From assembly GCA_009839505.1 (NCBI GenBank), contig VXPO01000013.1, positions 43,300 to 107,299 of the forward strand: a DNA stretch of 64,000 nucleotides, read 5' to 3'. The notes beneath the pieces are model-generated. The model searched no databases, was not told where the DNA came from, and worked only from the letters and a program-made list of their open reading frames with translations. Numbering within the stretch: the first letter of the stretch is position 1; every line of letters starts with the position of its first letter. This stretch comes from Gammaproteobacteria bacterium. GTDB taxonomy: Bacteria > Pseudomonadota > Gammaproteobacteria > Pseudomonadales > Azotimanducaceae. The translations under genes were made by a program, and so were the position numbers. Positions 50,932-59,979 of the stretch are shown here, piece by piece.

Positions 50932-51633
50932 TCATTCGGTGTTCGGTCTAGCCGAGAACCAGATGCCCGAAGGCGATGCAGCAGGGTCTAGCGCCGACTC
51001 TCCCACAATACGCGTAGCTCCGGTGTAGACCAGTTGCGCAAGCAACGCAAGAGCCAACCCATAGACACGGAGCAGTCGGCCAATGAACCCGCCGCGGAGG
51101 TGAGGTCTGACAAGGTCGAAAGCTGACAGGAAGACATTTCCACAACACGCTATCCGGGTAGGCTCGAGACCCGACTCCAAGAGTAGCTGCTCCAACGAGC
51201 TGGGGGTATACCTAAAGTAGTCATTCGGCGCGGCGTGGACTCCAATAATGAACGGTACCCAGCCATGCAGAGCGCCGTCCCGCTTCAATACGCGGGCTAT
51301 TTCCGCCAGCGCCGCACGGTGATCGTAGATGTGCTCCAGAACGTTAAAGCACAACACCGTGTCGACACTGGCTCGATCCAACGGCATACACGTGGCCGAA
51401 GCAACTACATTGACGTCCGGTCCCGGCTCGATGTCGATCGTTACAACCCGCCTCGGCTCAGATCGTGCATGCCCAAGATAGGTCCGTCTCCGTCCTCCCC
51501 CTATGTCCAGAACAACCCCCCGCATTTCCAGGGTCTCCCTCACCTCCACGTGCATCAACGCACGCCCAACACTACTTCCCAAGTAGACTTCGCGAAACAG
51601 CATTGGCCATGCCGAGGGTGAGGGAGAGTTCAC
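50932..51633 (-). CDS. Class I SAM-dependent methyltransferase (Methyltransf_11-like)
   Basis: VLDIGGGRRRTY (motif I) and CFNVLEHIYDHRAALAEIARVLKRDGALHGWVPF. Confidence 0.75.
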   Translation of the reverse strand: MNSPSPSAWPMLFREVYLGSSVGRALMHVEVRETLEMRGVVLDIGGGRRRTYLGHARSEPRRVVTIDIEPGPDVNVVASATCMPLDRASVDTVLCFNVLEHIYDHRAALAEIARVLKRDGALHGWVPFIIGVHAAPNDYFRYTPSSLEQLLLESGLEPTRIACCGNVFLSAFDLVRPHLRGGFIGRLLRVYGLALALLAQLVYTGATRIVGESALDPAASPSGIWFSARPNTE

Positions 51634-51639
51634 GATTTC

Positions 51640-52938
51640 TCAGATCCGGTGACTGCGGCGCCAGATTTCCACAACGAAGGGGACCAGTACCACAACCGCC
51701 ACGATGGACGATGTCGTCTTGGCCCACGCAGCTCCTGTCGACAGGTAGAGCGGCACGAGCCACGCGATGCCGAGTACCGTAACGACGAGCCCGGCAAGCA
51801 TGGAAACGATCAAGGGTAGGATACGGCCGGTCGCAAGCGGCAGTCCGCTGAAAATCGACGTGCTTGCGACGAATGCACCCGGAATCAGTATCAATAGCAG
51901 TGGAGCGACATCGACGAAGTCCGGACCGAGCACGAGGACCGCGATTGGCTCCCGGAAGATCGCGAGCACGGAGAACCCCACGATCGCGATTAGGACGGAG
52001 TAGGTTGCGAAACGCACTAGGGTCCCGCGCAGCGCCGCACCATCACCCGTGAACCATTGCCGGCTCAGTACCGGTTGCGCGCTGGTTCTGATCAGGTGAA
52101 ATGGGCGCCTCGTCATGTCTATTATCTGCCGTGCTGCTCGATAGAGGCCCACGTCGGCAGTTCCGGCTATCTGGGCGACTAGGATGGTATCCACGTTCTC
52201 GGTGACGACCCCAATCGTGGTTCTACCGTACGTGCCTGCGTGAAAAGCTACCACGTCCCGAGGTACCCGAACCGATAGGGACCGAAACACCTCTGACAGG
52301 CCCGCCCGACGCGCGAAAATTCCAGCGACTACGAGCATACCCACCGAGCCTACAGCTGCTCCTGCTACCGTGGCTGAAACGACCGTGAGCAAGTCGCCTC
52401 CGGCAAACCAGGCAACGCCAAGCACTGCGAGTCGGGTTGCGTTGTCAGCAACGGAACACGCCAGATTTGCGCGCAAGCGATCCGCGAGCCGAAGCACGGC
52501 CAGCGTCTCCGTTCTTGTGGCGAGAAAGATGCCGACGAGACCGTACAACATCACCGCCCCCGCGTGCGACTCGTCGATCTTCAGAATCCCGCTCGCCGTC
52601 AGCGTCAGCAGGGCGATGGCCCCGTAGGCCACCAACGAAAGCCCAAAGGACACAGCCAATGAGAATCGCAGTATTGCGGCAGCCTCTTGGTGTCGCCCCT
52701 CAGTAATGCTTCGGGTTGCGAACGTGGTCAACGTGTCGCCCCCGGGGATCGCGATCAGACCGTGGATCAGCGTGGTTGTGGCAACAATGATGGCCAACGC
52801 CCCATATCCTTCCAGCCCCAAAAGACGGGCGGCCACGAAGACGTGAGCGACCGCACCGAGCACCTCCACCGCGGTGACGGTTCCCAACCACAGGGTCTGC
52901 CGCGTAATGAGCCGGTGGGACTCGGGAGAAACGGGCAA
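51640..52938 (-). CDS. wzx: Wzx-like oligosaccharide flippase (polysaccharide biosynthesis protein, MOP superfamily)
   Basis: 432 aa and about 12 TM helices. The N-terminus ...WLGTVTAVEVLGAVAHVFVAARLLGLEGYGALAII is typical of Polysacc_synt. Confidence 0.7.
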   Translation of the reverse strand: MPVSPESHRLITRQTLWLGTVTAVEVLGAVAHVFVAARLLGLEGYGALAIIVATTTLIHGLIAIPGGDTLTTFATRSITEGRHQEAAAILRFSLAVSFGLSLVAYGAIALLTLTASGILKIDESHAGAVMLYGLVGIFLATRTETLAVLRLADRLRANLACSVADNATRLAVLGVAWFAGGDLLTVVSATVAGAAVGSVGMLVVAGIFARRAGLSEVFRSLSVRVPRDVVAFHAGTYGRTTIGVVTENVDTILVAQIAGTADVGLYRAARQIIDMTRRPFHLIRTSAQPVLSRQWFTGDGAALRGTLVRFATYSVLIAIVGFSVLAIFREPIAVLVLGPDFVDVAPLLLILIPGAFVASTSIFSGLPLATGRILPLIVSMLAGLVVTVLGIAWLVPLYLSTGAAWAKTTSSIVAVVVLVPFVVEIWRRSHRI

Positions 52939-53052
52939 TCTCGGAATGATCAGGTTGCAGCCCCCATCTGTCGGTTCAGAACCATGCTCTCGGTGGACCG
53001 AACCGCGTTGAAGAACGCGGGACCTACCGAATCTGCGACACCCCGACCGTGG

Positions 53053-54456
53053 CTACTTCGTACCAATACGGTGCCGAGCTTCAGGGCGAGGAACACCGAT
53101 CCAGTCAGCCCCTCCATTGTTTCGCAGCGCCAGGACTACCACAACCAGCATCATCCAACAGAGCGCCATTGGTACGAACATGTACCGACCGACGAAGAGA
53201 CTGTGAGCGTTCGTGTGTTGCAGGAAAAACAACATTCGAGCTGCGACAATCAACCCTGCTGCCGCAACCACGATGACGCCCACCGGTAGGCGAATCCGCC
53301 ACTCCACGTACCACCTTCGGGCCAAGATCAATCCCGACACGCACAAACTCAGAAGAGCTGCTCCGACCAACACGAAGACGAACACCAAATTCCCGCCTAC
53401 GCCTACCTCGCGAAACCCGAACGAGAACGGACTAGCGAAGGCCATTCCCGCATCGACAAGCCTGGTTGCGTAATCTGACTCCGGCACCGACATGCGAAAT
53501 GCAAGTTGATCGAAAAACGCATCAAACACAGACGGACCAATCAACAAGGCCTTGCCAATCTGGTTCACCGCCACCGAAACGACGAATCCAACCGCGAACA
53601 TGCCGATGCAGCGAGCAGTTATTTGCACCCAGCCCGACAATGAGGAGCTCCGACGGTCGCCGTAGTAGAGCAGCACCACGGCCATCGGGAGCAACATCAG
53701 TAGGTGGCCATCAAGCAAGAACAAATACGATGAAATCATTCCTACTACGAAGAAGTACCTGCCCAGAACCAAGTTCCTGGCGCGGTTGTGCACGAGTGCT
53801 AGCAGTCCGAGCAATGCGAGCAACACGAACAGATAAGGTAGCGAATAGGCGAATCCACCGTAATACGGAATACCCGAATAGAAGAACCCTAGGAGGAGAA
53901 AGGGACTGAGTACCACGAGCAACTGTTTTGAACAGGAATACGCCACCAAGGCCAATAATCCGTACACAAAATAGGTCGCCACCTTGATTCCATTCGTTAG
54001 CACGAATACGTCGCTGATCGTCAATCCAATAGCCATCATGGCTCTTGTCCCATGCCAGTACCTCGTATTGAGTGGCTTCAGGTCATCGGGCTCGCCAATA
54101 CCGAACACAACATCATGAAGCCTTTGACAGTGGTCTTTGCCGTCGCCTCCGTACCTCCGAGGAGCGATTACGTCCCTCAGATCACGAGTCGTTGGAGCGA
54201 CAACACTGAGCAGCATTCGGCAGTCGGAGAACTGGTCCTGTCCGACCAGACTTTGAAGCGAACGGGTGCCAAAGGTTGTCATCGGATAGTCGGTGGACGC
54301 GATCAGATTGCCCCTCTGATACGCCTCTGCTATTCGCGAGTGCGACAGCCACTCGGGCATCTGATTCGCAAAGAAATGTAGAGCATAGAATAGGGACAGC
54401 ATTCCCGCTCCCAGCGCAACGACACGCACACACTCGAGGAACCAACGATGCGTCAT
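53053..54456 (-). CDS. Unassigned polytopic membrane protein (467 aa), candidate GtrC-like or GT-C transferase by context
   Basis: Many hydrophobic segments and one soluble loop near the N-terminus of about 110 aa. Immediately downstream of gtrB-gtrA. I recognise no family motif. Confidence 0.5.
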   Translation of the reverse strand: MTHRWFLECVRVVALGAGMLSLFYALHFFANQMPEWLSHSRIAEAYQRGNLIASTDYPMTTFGTRSLQSLVGQDQFSDCRMLLSVVAPTTRDLRDVIAPRRYGGDGKDHCQRLHDVVFGIGEPDDLKPLNTRYWHGTRAMMAIGLTISDVFVLTNGIKVATYFVYGLLALVAYSCSKQLLVVLSPFLLLGFFYSGIPYYGGFAYSLPYLFVLLALLGLLALVHNRARNLVLGRYFFVVGMISSYLFLLDGHLLMLLPMAVVLLYYGDRRSSSLSGWVQITARCIGMFAVGFVVSVAVNQIGKALLIGPSVFDAFFDQLAFRMSVPESDYATRLVDAGMAFASPFSFGFREVGVGGNLVFVFVLVGAALLSLCVSGLILARRWYVEWRIRLPVGVIVVAAAGLIVAARMLFFLQHTNAHSLFVGRYMFVPMALCWMMLVVVVLALRNNGGADWIGVPRPEARHRIGTK

Positions 54457-54520
54457 CGCCTACTCTTCGAATCCAGGAGAACGGTCCGCGTTCATCTCAC
54501 CCGCGTTCGCTTGACTCGGC

Positions 54521-54979
54521 TCAATTCGCAACACGAACATCGCGGCCTCCGACGACCGTGTGTTGCTTGGACGGATGCTCTCGGCTGCCTTGCGCGTCGA
54601 CGCGAGGCGATCGGAACACATAGCTACGGTAGACGAAAAACTTGACGACGATTGAACATACGAGGGCAGCAGCAACAGCAACTGCGTAATACAGGTCCAC
54701 GAGGGCGAACATCACCGTAAAGAAAGCAAACTCGAAGAACCGAAAAGCCGCCGCGGAAACCACATACCTCAGCAAGGTCCGCCACCCCGCATTCGCCCTG
54801 AAGACCCAAAGGGCGTTCGCGAAAAAGTGGTATGTGAAGGTGCAGGCCAAAGCAATGGCGACCGAGACCCGCTCCGACAGCTCGGCAAATTCGTGTGCAG
54901 CCACCACAATCACGAGCGTCAATACCATACCCGCGGCACCCACGGTCAGGAACCGGATCCACTGGCGCACAACGCTCAT
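54521..54979 (-). CDS. gtrA: GtrA-family membrane protein
   Basis: VRQWIRFLTVGAAGMVLTLVIVVAAHEF...TFTYHFFANALWVFR. Four TM helices, 152 aa. Confidence 0.8.
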   Translation of the reverse strand: MSVVRQWIRFLTVGAAGMVLTLVIVVAAHEFAELSERVSVAIALACTFTYHFFANALWVFRANAGWRTLLRYVVSAAAFRFFEFAFFTVMFALVDLYYAVAVAAALVCSIVVKFFVYRSYVFRSPRVDAQGSREHPSKQHTVVGGRDVRVAN

Positions 54980-55896
54980 GACCGGTGCCGAACCACTAGC
55001 TCCGCCAACACACCAAAATAGCCCGTGTTCACACCAAGTATCGTGAGCCCGAGCACAAGGTTGACGTGCTCAACTGGTTTCTCCCCAATCCCGTTCATCC
55101 ACAGGATCAGCTCGGTTACCACAACCAAGCCAGCACCTCCAAGGAAGACCGAGGCTATCGGGAGGAAGACTCTCAGTGGCCTAGCCAGTATTAGGGTCAT
55201 GACGATCTGGTAGAGCGCTAGGAAAGGGTACTTCATGGAGACAAACGAATGTCCACTCGTTCTCTCTTTGAATGCGACTGGCACCTGGTCGTAACGCATT
55301 CCTTTGTGATACGCGTCAACTAGAATCTGCTGCGTGTAGTTGTAGTCCCCAGCTATCGAAAACACCTGCAAATAGGTCTTACTTAAAGCGACAATTCCTG
55401 GCTGGGAGTCCACGATGTCCCACTGCGTCAGCTGTCGCATTAGCGACCGAAACAAAGCGTTCCCAATTCGACGAACGAGGGGCATCCGATACGTCATCCG
55501 TGGGAAACGATTGCCGTAGACCACATCGGCTTCATCATTGGCAATCGGATGGATCAGGTCGGGAATGTCCCGAGGATCGTGTTGCCCGTCCGCATCCAGC
55601 TTGACCACGATATCGTAGTCATGACTGCGACCACACTCGAGCCCGCTACGGACGGCCGCGCCAAGGCCCCTGTTCAGCCGGTGAGCGATTAGATGATCTA
55701 CTCCAACATGGCGAGCGACATCTGCGGTAGCGTCCGTGGAACCATCGTCGACCACGCAGATGTGGAGGTCGAAACCAAGGTCTTGGAGCCGTGGTCCACA
55801 GAACCTAGTTTCCTCGATCACACGTTCAATCGTGTCTTGCTCGTTGTACGCCGGTATGACGACAAGAATCGAAGGACTGAACTCCGATGCCTTCAC
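54976..55896 (-). CDS. gtrB: GT2 polyprenyl-phosphate glycosyltransferase (GtrB/ArnC/DPM1-like)
   Basis: ILVVIPAYNEQDTIERVIEE...VVDDGSTDATADVA...KLDADGQHDP, plus two C-terminal TM helices. 4-nt overlap with gtrA. Confidence 0.85.
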   Translation of the reverse strand: MKASEFSPSILVVIPAYNEQDTIERVIEETRFCGPRLQDLGFDLHICVVDDGSTDATADVARHVGVDHLIAHRLNRGLGAAVRSGLECGRSHDYDIVVKLDADGQHDPRDIPDLIHPIANDEADVVYGNRFPRMTYRMPLVRRIGNALFRSLMRQLTQWDIVDSQPGIVALSKTYLQVFSIAGDYNYTQQILVDAYHKGMRYDQVPVAFKERTSGHSFVSMKYPFLALYQIVMTLILARPLRVFLPIASVFLGGAGLVVVTELILWMNGIGEKPVEHVNLVLGLTILGVNTGYFGVLAELVVRHRS

Positions 55897-56173
55897 TGAT
55901 CAACCTATCCTTGTTGACATGCAGGTGCCGCAGGTTTCTGCTGCCGGGGATACGCTCTGCGAACCACATGGCGTGAGCTACCTCCTGCATTGTAACGCTC
56001 AAGGATGCCTTCGCGCCGCACCCACGCGATACGGAACGTTCCGCCGGCCTCGCTACAGCCCGTTGCTACGATGGCGAGTCCAAGCGCCCGTGAAGTGCAA
56101 CTCACGCACGGTGTCGTGCGATGGCGAAGGCTTCCACCAGTTCTGGATCCAGTCCATTCCAAGTCGCTGCCGG

Positions 56174-56202
56174 TGGCGAACGCCCTCCCCGGCCCTTACA
56201 AT
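56174..56202 (+). promoter_or_regulatory. Candidate promoter of tRNA-Pro
   Basis: TGGCGA, 17 nt, then TACAAT (56197-56202), 40 nt upstream of the mature tRNA 5' end. Confidence 0.3.
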
Positions 56203-56242
56203 ACGCGTCCCGCGAGTGGCAGCCACGCCATTCGTGACCGTT

Positions 56243-56319
56243 CGGAGTGTAGCTCAGTCTGGTAGAGCACCGTCTTCGGGAGGCGGGGGCCGCCGGTTCA
56301 AGTCCGGCCACTCCGACCA
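56243..56319 (+). tRNA. tRNA-Pro (anticodon CGG), CCA-encoded
   Basis: Hand-folded cloverleaf. Acceptor CGGAGTG/CACTCCG, D arm GCTC-AGTCTGGTA-GAGC, anticodon arm CCGTC-TTCGGGA-GGCGG, variable loop GGGCC, T arm GCCGG-TTCAAGT-CCGGC, then ACCA. Confidence 0.93.
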
Positions 56320-56424
56320 ATCGAATGGACCAGCGGCCCGTTTGAGACTTCACCTGTCGATTCGGGATTCGAGGGCCTGACGGAGATCTACTTCACCCGC
56401 GCGACGTTGTACTTGACGCGCACG

Positions 56425-59400
56425 TCAGAAGCTCGCGCGGATGCCCATTCGGAATTCTCGGCCGTTGAATGAGGCTTCGTCGAAGACCCGCCGCTCACGG
56501 CCGAGCGTCTGCAGGTCCGTCGGGTTGCGGCCCGTGTCGGTGACGTCAGGGATCTCCAGGTAGACACTGGTGCTCGCGGGTCCGATGTCCCTCTCGAAGT
56601 CGTACTCCATGTAGAAATCCCACTGCGTGTAGCGAGCGCTGTACTGGTCGAACCCGAAGTCGTCGACGGAGTCGAACGAACTGCTTTGATGCTGCGCCGA
56701 GAGGGCGACTTCGAGTCGGTCGCTCTCGTAGAACAACGTGACGTTCGCGCTCCAGGTCGGCGCGTTGAAGAAGTCGGTTTGCCGATAGAGACCATCTCCC
56801 TCGTCGGCGAATCCCAGCACCACGAGTGCCTCGTCGTCTTCCAGCCCCCCGTCGGGACTGGAGGTCGTTGCGGCCTCGACGACGGCGATCTCCGCCTCGC
56901 TGTCCGTGTACGCGACGTTGCCGCTGAGTCCCATCCGCGACAACCATCCCCTGGCCCATCCGAACTGGTGCTGGCCGGCAAACTCGAAGCCCGAAACTTC
57001 GGCCGTCCCGCCGTTGCGCGGCTGCCGTATATCCAGAACGTCGATCGCGTCCGCCCCTAGCACCGCTTCGAGGCCGCCGAGCTGCTCGACCAGTGACTGG
57101 CCGTCGGGCGAGAGCAGATCGCGGATCAGATCGAGATCGAGCCCGCCCGACACCGGCTCGGCGCCAACGAAGATGAAGTTCTCGATCTCCTTCACGAACA
57201 GACCGAGCGTGATCGCGGTTCCAGGCATTGGGTAGTACTCGATGCTCGCGTCGAGATTGCGCGATTTTGCGTTGTCGAGCGACGGGTTTCCGCTGCTGAC
57301 AAAGACGGCGATTTCCGTGAGCTGGTCGAGGCCGAGGCCCGCCGCCACCGCTTCAGCCGCGGTGGTCACTCCCGGTAGTACGGGGGCATCGCCCTCTTGA
57401 TCCGCCTCCGCCACCAGAACGAAGTCGATCGACGTCGCGTTTCCCAACTGATAGAAGCTCGGTCGGGCGATCGAATAGCCGGCGCCAATGCGCAATTGCA
57501 GGTCGTCCCCCAACTGGTAGAGGAGATTGAAACGCGGCAGAACCTCGGTGTTGGACGCGGAGGATCGTATGACATCGGCCGCGTCCCGGAGCCCGAGGTC
57601 GATGCGCTCCGCCACCGCGCTGTCCTCGTCGTTGGGATCTTCGAGATTCACCGTGATGAGCCGCGCGTCCAGCGCCAGCGGGGAGGAGAAACTTCCGCGG
57701 TAGTTTTCGACGCGGACACCGCCCACGACCCACAGCGGTCCGGCTTCGAACTCCGCCTGGACGTAGCCGGTCAGCAACGTCTCTTCCGCATCGAAGAAGA
57801 ACGTCTCGAAGGGTTCTCCGCCCAGCCTGGTGAACGACTCTTCGAACGTGGCAGCCAGTCGCCGGAACGTCCTCTCGTTCAGTATGGGGATGCCGTGGAG
57901 ACCGATCGACGCCAACGGGCTTCCCACGGGTTCGAGGCTGACGAACCCGCCGAACAGGCCTTCGAACCGCTCCAGCTCTTCGCCTTCCCCAGTACCTTCG
58001 AAATCCGGACTGAAGGTTCCATCCAGATTGAGCGCGTCGGCTTCGAAACTGACCAGGGTAACGTCTTCGTCGGCGATGACCGATCGTCCAAACTCCGCGC
58101 CCGCCCGGACCGAGACGATGTTGCCGCCAGCGAACGCCAGCCCGAGTTGGCGCTCCGCATCGAACTTCACCCCGATCCGGTCGTTGTCGCGCTCGTTCTT
58201 CGGGGTCATCGAGAAGTCGTCGAGAATCTGGGTCCCAACCGGGTTCATGATGGCATCGACGAAGTCCGGATCGGACGCGACGCCCGCGTTCGGTACCGGA
58301 AAATATTCGCCCACGAAGGAAAACGGCACGAACACCACGTCGTCCGCGTCGAGCAGGCTGCCGGTATCGAAGTCGATGTCCGTCTCCGGGGCGTCCCTGG
58401 CCGCCGTCGAATAACTCACCCGGTACGACAGGCTCGTGCGCTCGAGTTCGGTAGACGCGCTCAGGTAGACGCTGGCGTTCAGCGTCTGTTCGTCCTCGAT
58501 CTGCGACTCTAAGTCGAGTTCGGGATCGTCGAAGATCGTGTACAGCATGCCATCGATCTCCTCGAAGTCGTCGTCGTCGTTGTCGAACGCGATGGAGTTC
58601 TCGACGGCCAATGCCTCTTGGCGGTTGACGCGGGCGCTGAGCAGCAACCTCGTGGTCGGGGTCAGCTGCCACTCGAAGGCGCCCGAGAGCGACAACGTAT
58701 CGCGCTGCTGATCCTGGACTTCGTAGGTGTATTCCTCGAACGTGATCGCGTCCAGGGGAAAGAACCCCGGTGTCACGTTGTCGAAGCTGCTGCCGGGGTC
58801 GTCGAGTTCGTCCTGCACGAAGTCGTTGTCCACGGCGTTGCCAGCGGCGTCGACAAGCCGCGGCAGATACCTCAGGTTCGAGGAGGTCGAGTCGAGCTCG
58901 AAATTGCGGATCGTGCGCTGCCGCGAGGATACGGAGAAGCGATACGCGAAGTCCTCGCCGAGCCTGTTGAAGGACACCCGGCCCCGATAGCCCCATGCGT
59001 CGGCGAATTCCCCGTAGCGGCTCTCGAAAGTCGCGCTGGCATCGCTGTCGCGGTAGTCCAGGGGCTTGCGGGATACGAGATCCACCGCTCCTCCGATGCC
59101 TTCGCCCGCGTCCTGCGGCAGCAGCGACTTGACGACCCTGAGCTCCGCCAAGTCGTCAGTCGTGATGCCGTCGAGCGGCACGCGGCGACCCCCGCTCGAC
59201 AGACCGGACTTCACACCATCGAACGAGATGGAACTGAGCGCAGAATCCAGGCCGCGCACCGAAATGAAGTTGCCGTTGCCCGTCTCTCCGCTGCGGCGAA
59301 AGGAGACACCGGGAATGCGTCCGAGGGACTCGGCGACGTTGTTGTCCGGCAAACGGCTCGCTTGGTCGGCCGAAAGAACGTCGACGATCCGGTCGTCCTG

Positions 59401-59763
59401 ACGTTTCGCCTCGATCGACATCTCGGCGTCGCGCCGCCGGCCGAAGACAACGACCTCCTCGATCACCGCGTCCGGCGCCGCGACATCGGTGTTCCCCGTG
59501 GCAACCGCTGGCCTTTCCTCGTCCTTGCCGTTTCCGTCGTCCGCTGTTCGGACGGTGCCTCCGTCAACGGCACCCTCGCCTTGTGCCGGTGCCGACCACG
59601 CGGGCACTCCCAGCGTGAGCAACCCGATGCTCCCCAACGCCGCGAGGAGGCGAATCCCATGTCCGGCCAGACGACAACTTCCACATCCGGTCCGCAGGAG
59701 ATTCAGCCGTCGCGCATGGTCCCGCTCGTCCATCGCTGCACCTCCATCAGACGAGCCGGACAT
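56425..59763 (-). CDS. TonB-dependent outer-membrane receptor (1112 aa)
   Basis: Signal peptide ...LLTLGVPAWSAPA. Plug region EEVVVFGRR...VDVLSADQASRLPDNNVAESLGRIPGVSFRRSGETGNGNFISVRGL. The C-terminus ends ...FRMGIRASF. Confidence 0.9.
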   Translation of the reverse strand: MSGSSDGGAAMDERDHARRLNLLRTGCGSCRLAGHGIRLLAALGSIGLLTLGVPAWSAPAQGEGAVDGGTVRTADDGNGKDEERPAVATGNTDVAAPDAVIEEVVVFGRRRDAEMSIEAKRQDDRIVDVLSADQASRLPDNNVAESLGRIPGVSFRRSGETGNGNFISVRGLDSALSSISFDGVKSGLSSGGRRVPLDGITTDDLAELRVVKSLLPQDAGEGIGGAVDLVSRKPLDYRDSDASATFESRYGEFADAWGYRGRVSFNRLGEDFAYRFSVSSRQRTIRNFELDSTSSNLRYLPRLVDAAGNAVDNDFVQDELDDPGSSFDNVTPGFFPLDAITFEEYTYEVQDQQRDTLSLSGAFEWQLTPTTRLLLSARVNRQEALAVENSIAFDNDDDDFEEIDGMLYTIFDDPELDLESQIEDEQTLNASVYLSASTELERTSLSYRVSYSTAARDAPETDIDFDTGSLLDADDVVFVPFSFVGEYFPVPNAGVASDPDFVDAIMNPVGTQILDDFSMTPKNERDNDRIGVKFDAERQLGLAFAGGNIVSVRAGAEFGRSVIADEDVTLVSFEADALNLDGTFSPDFEGTGEGEELERFEGLFGGFVSLEPVGSPLASIGLHGIPILNERTFRRLAATFEESFTRLGGEPFETFFFDAEETLLTGYVQAEFEAGPLWVVGGVRVENYRGSFSSPLALDARLITVNLEDPNDEDSAVAERIDLGLRDAADVIRSSASNTEVLPRFNLLYQLGDDLQLRIGAGYSIARPSFYQLGNATSIDFVLVAEADQEGDAPVLPGVTTAAEAVAAGLGLDQLTEIAVFVSSGNPSLDNAKSRNLDASIEYYPMPGTAITLGLFVKEIENFIFVGAEPVSGGLDLDLIRDLLSPDGQSLVEQLGGLEAVLGADAIDVLDIRQPRNGGTAEVSGFEFAGQHQFGWARGWLSRMGLSGNVAYTDSEAEIAVVEAATTSSPDGGLEDDEALVVLGFADEGDGLYRQTDFFNAPTWSANVTLFYESDRLEVALSAQHQSSSFDSVDDFGFDQYSARYTQWDFYMEYDFERDIGPASTSVYLEIPDVTDTGRNPTDLQTLGRERRVFDEASFNGREFRMGIRASF

Positions 59764-59979
59764 TGCGTACTAGCCGGTCGTCATCGTGGACCTCCAGGCG
59801 CGACCGTCCGTACGAAAGAACTCGGGCGAGGAACCGGAACATCTTGCCCGATCGTTTCCGCCGTTGGCGGCCCGCAACCTGGATCCATAAGGATTGATGT
59901 TGCCCAAGGCACACTACCGCCAACCATGATCCCTTCGCGTCCCCAAACTTGGGGATAGTGGAAGGGCCTTTAGGCGGTC

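Noticed and set aside
39851-56242. Classical integrative island or gtrABC-carrying prophage at tRNA-Pro.
   Set aside because: There is no integrase, excisionase or phage structural gene, and no duplicate of the tRNA 3' end at the ispB-proximal border by eye. The lower GC and the tRNA adjacency are retained only as a compositional and positional observation.
55897-56242. JUMPstart/ops (GGCGGTAG) antitermination element, or a small ORF, in the 346-nt leader of the glycan operon.
   Set aside because: Neither GGCGGTAG nor its complement was found; the closest match was CTACCTCC. The ORFs here (for example 55905..56162) are Arg/Gly-rich and look non-coding.
56425-59763. The unusually long (1112 aa) TonB-dependent receptor as a novelty.
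   Set aside because: The plug motif, beta-barrel-like composition and terminal Phe are conventional. Receptors of about 1000 aa or more are common in marine and Xanthomonadales-like Gammaproteobacteria, and no linked sigma/anti-sigma or catabolic genes are present to suggest a system.
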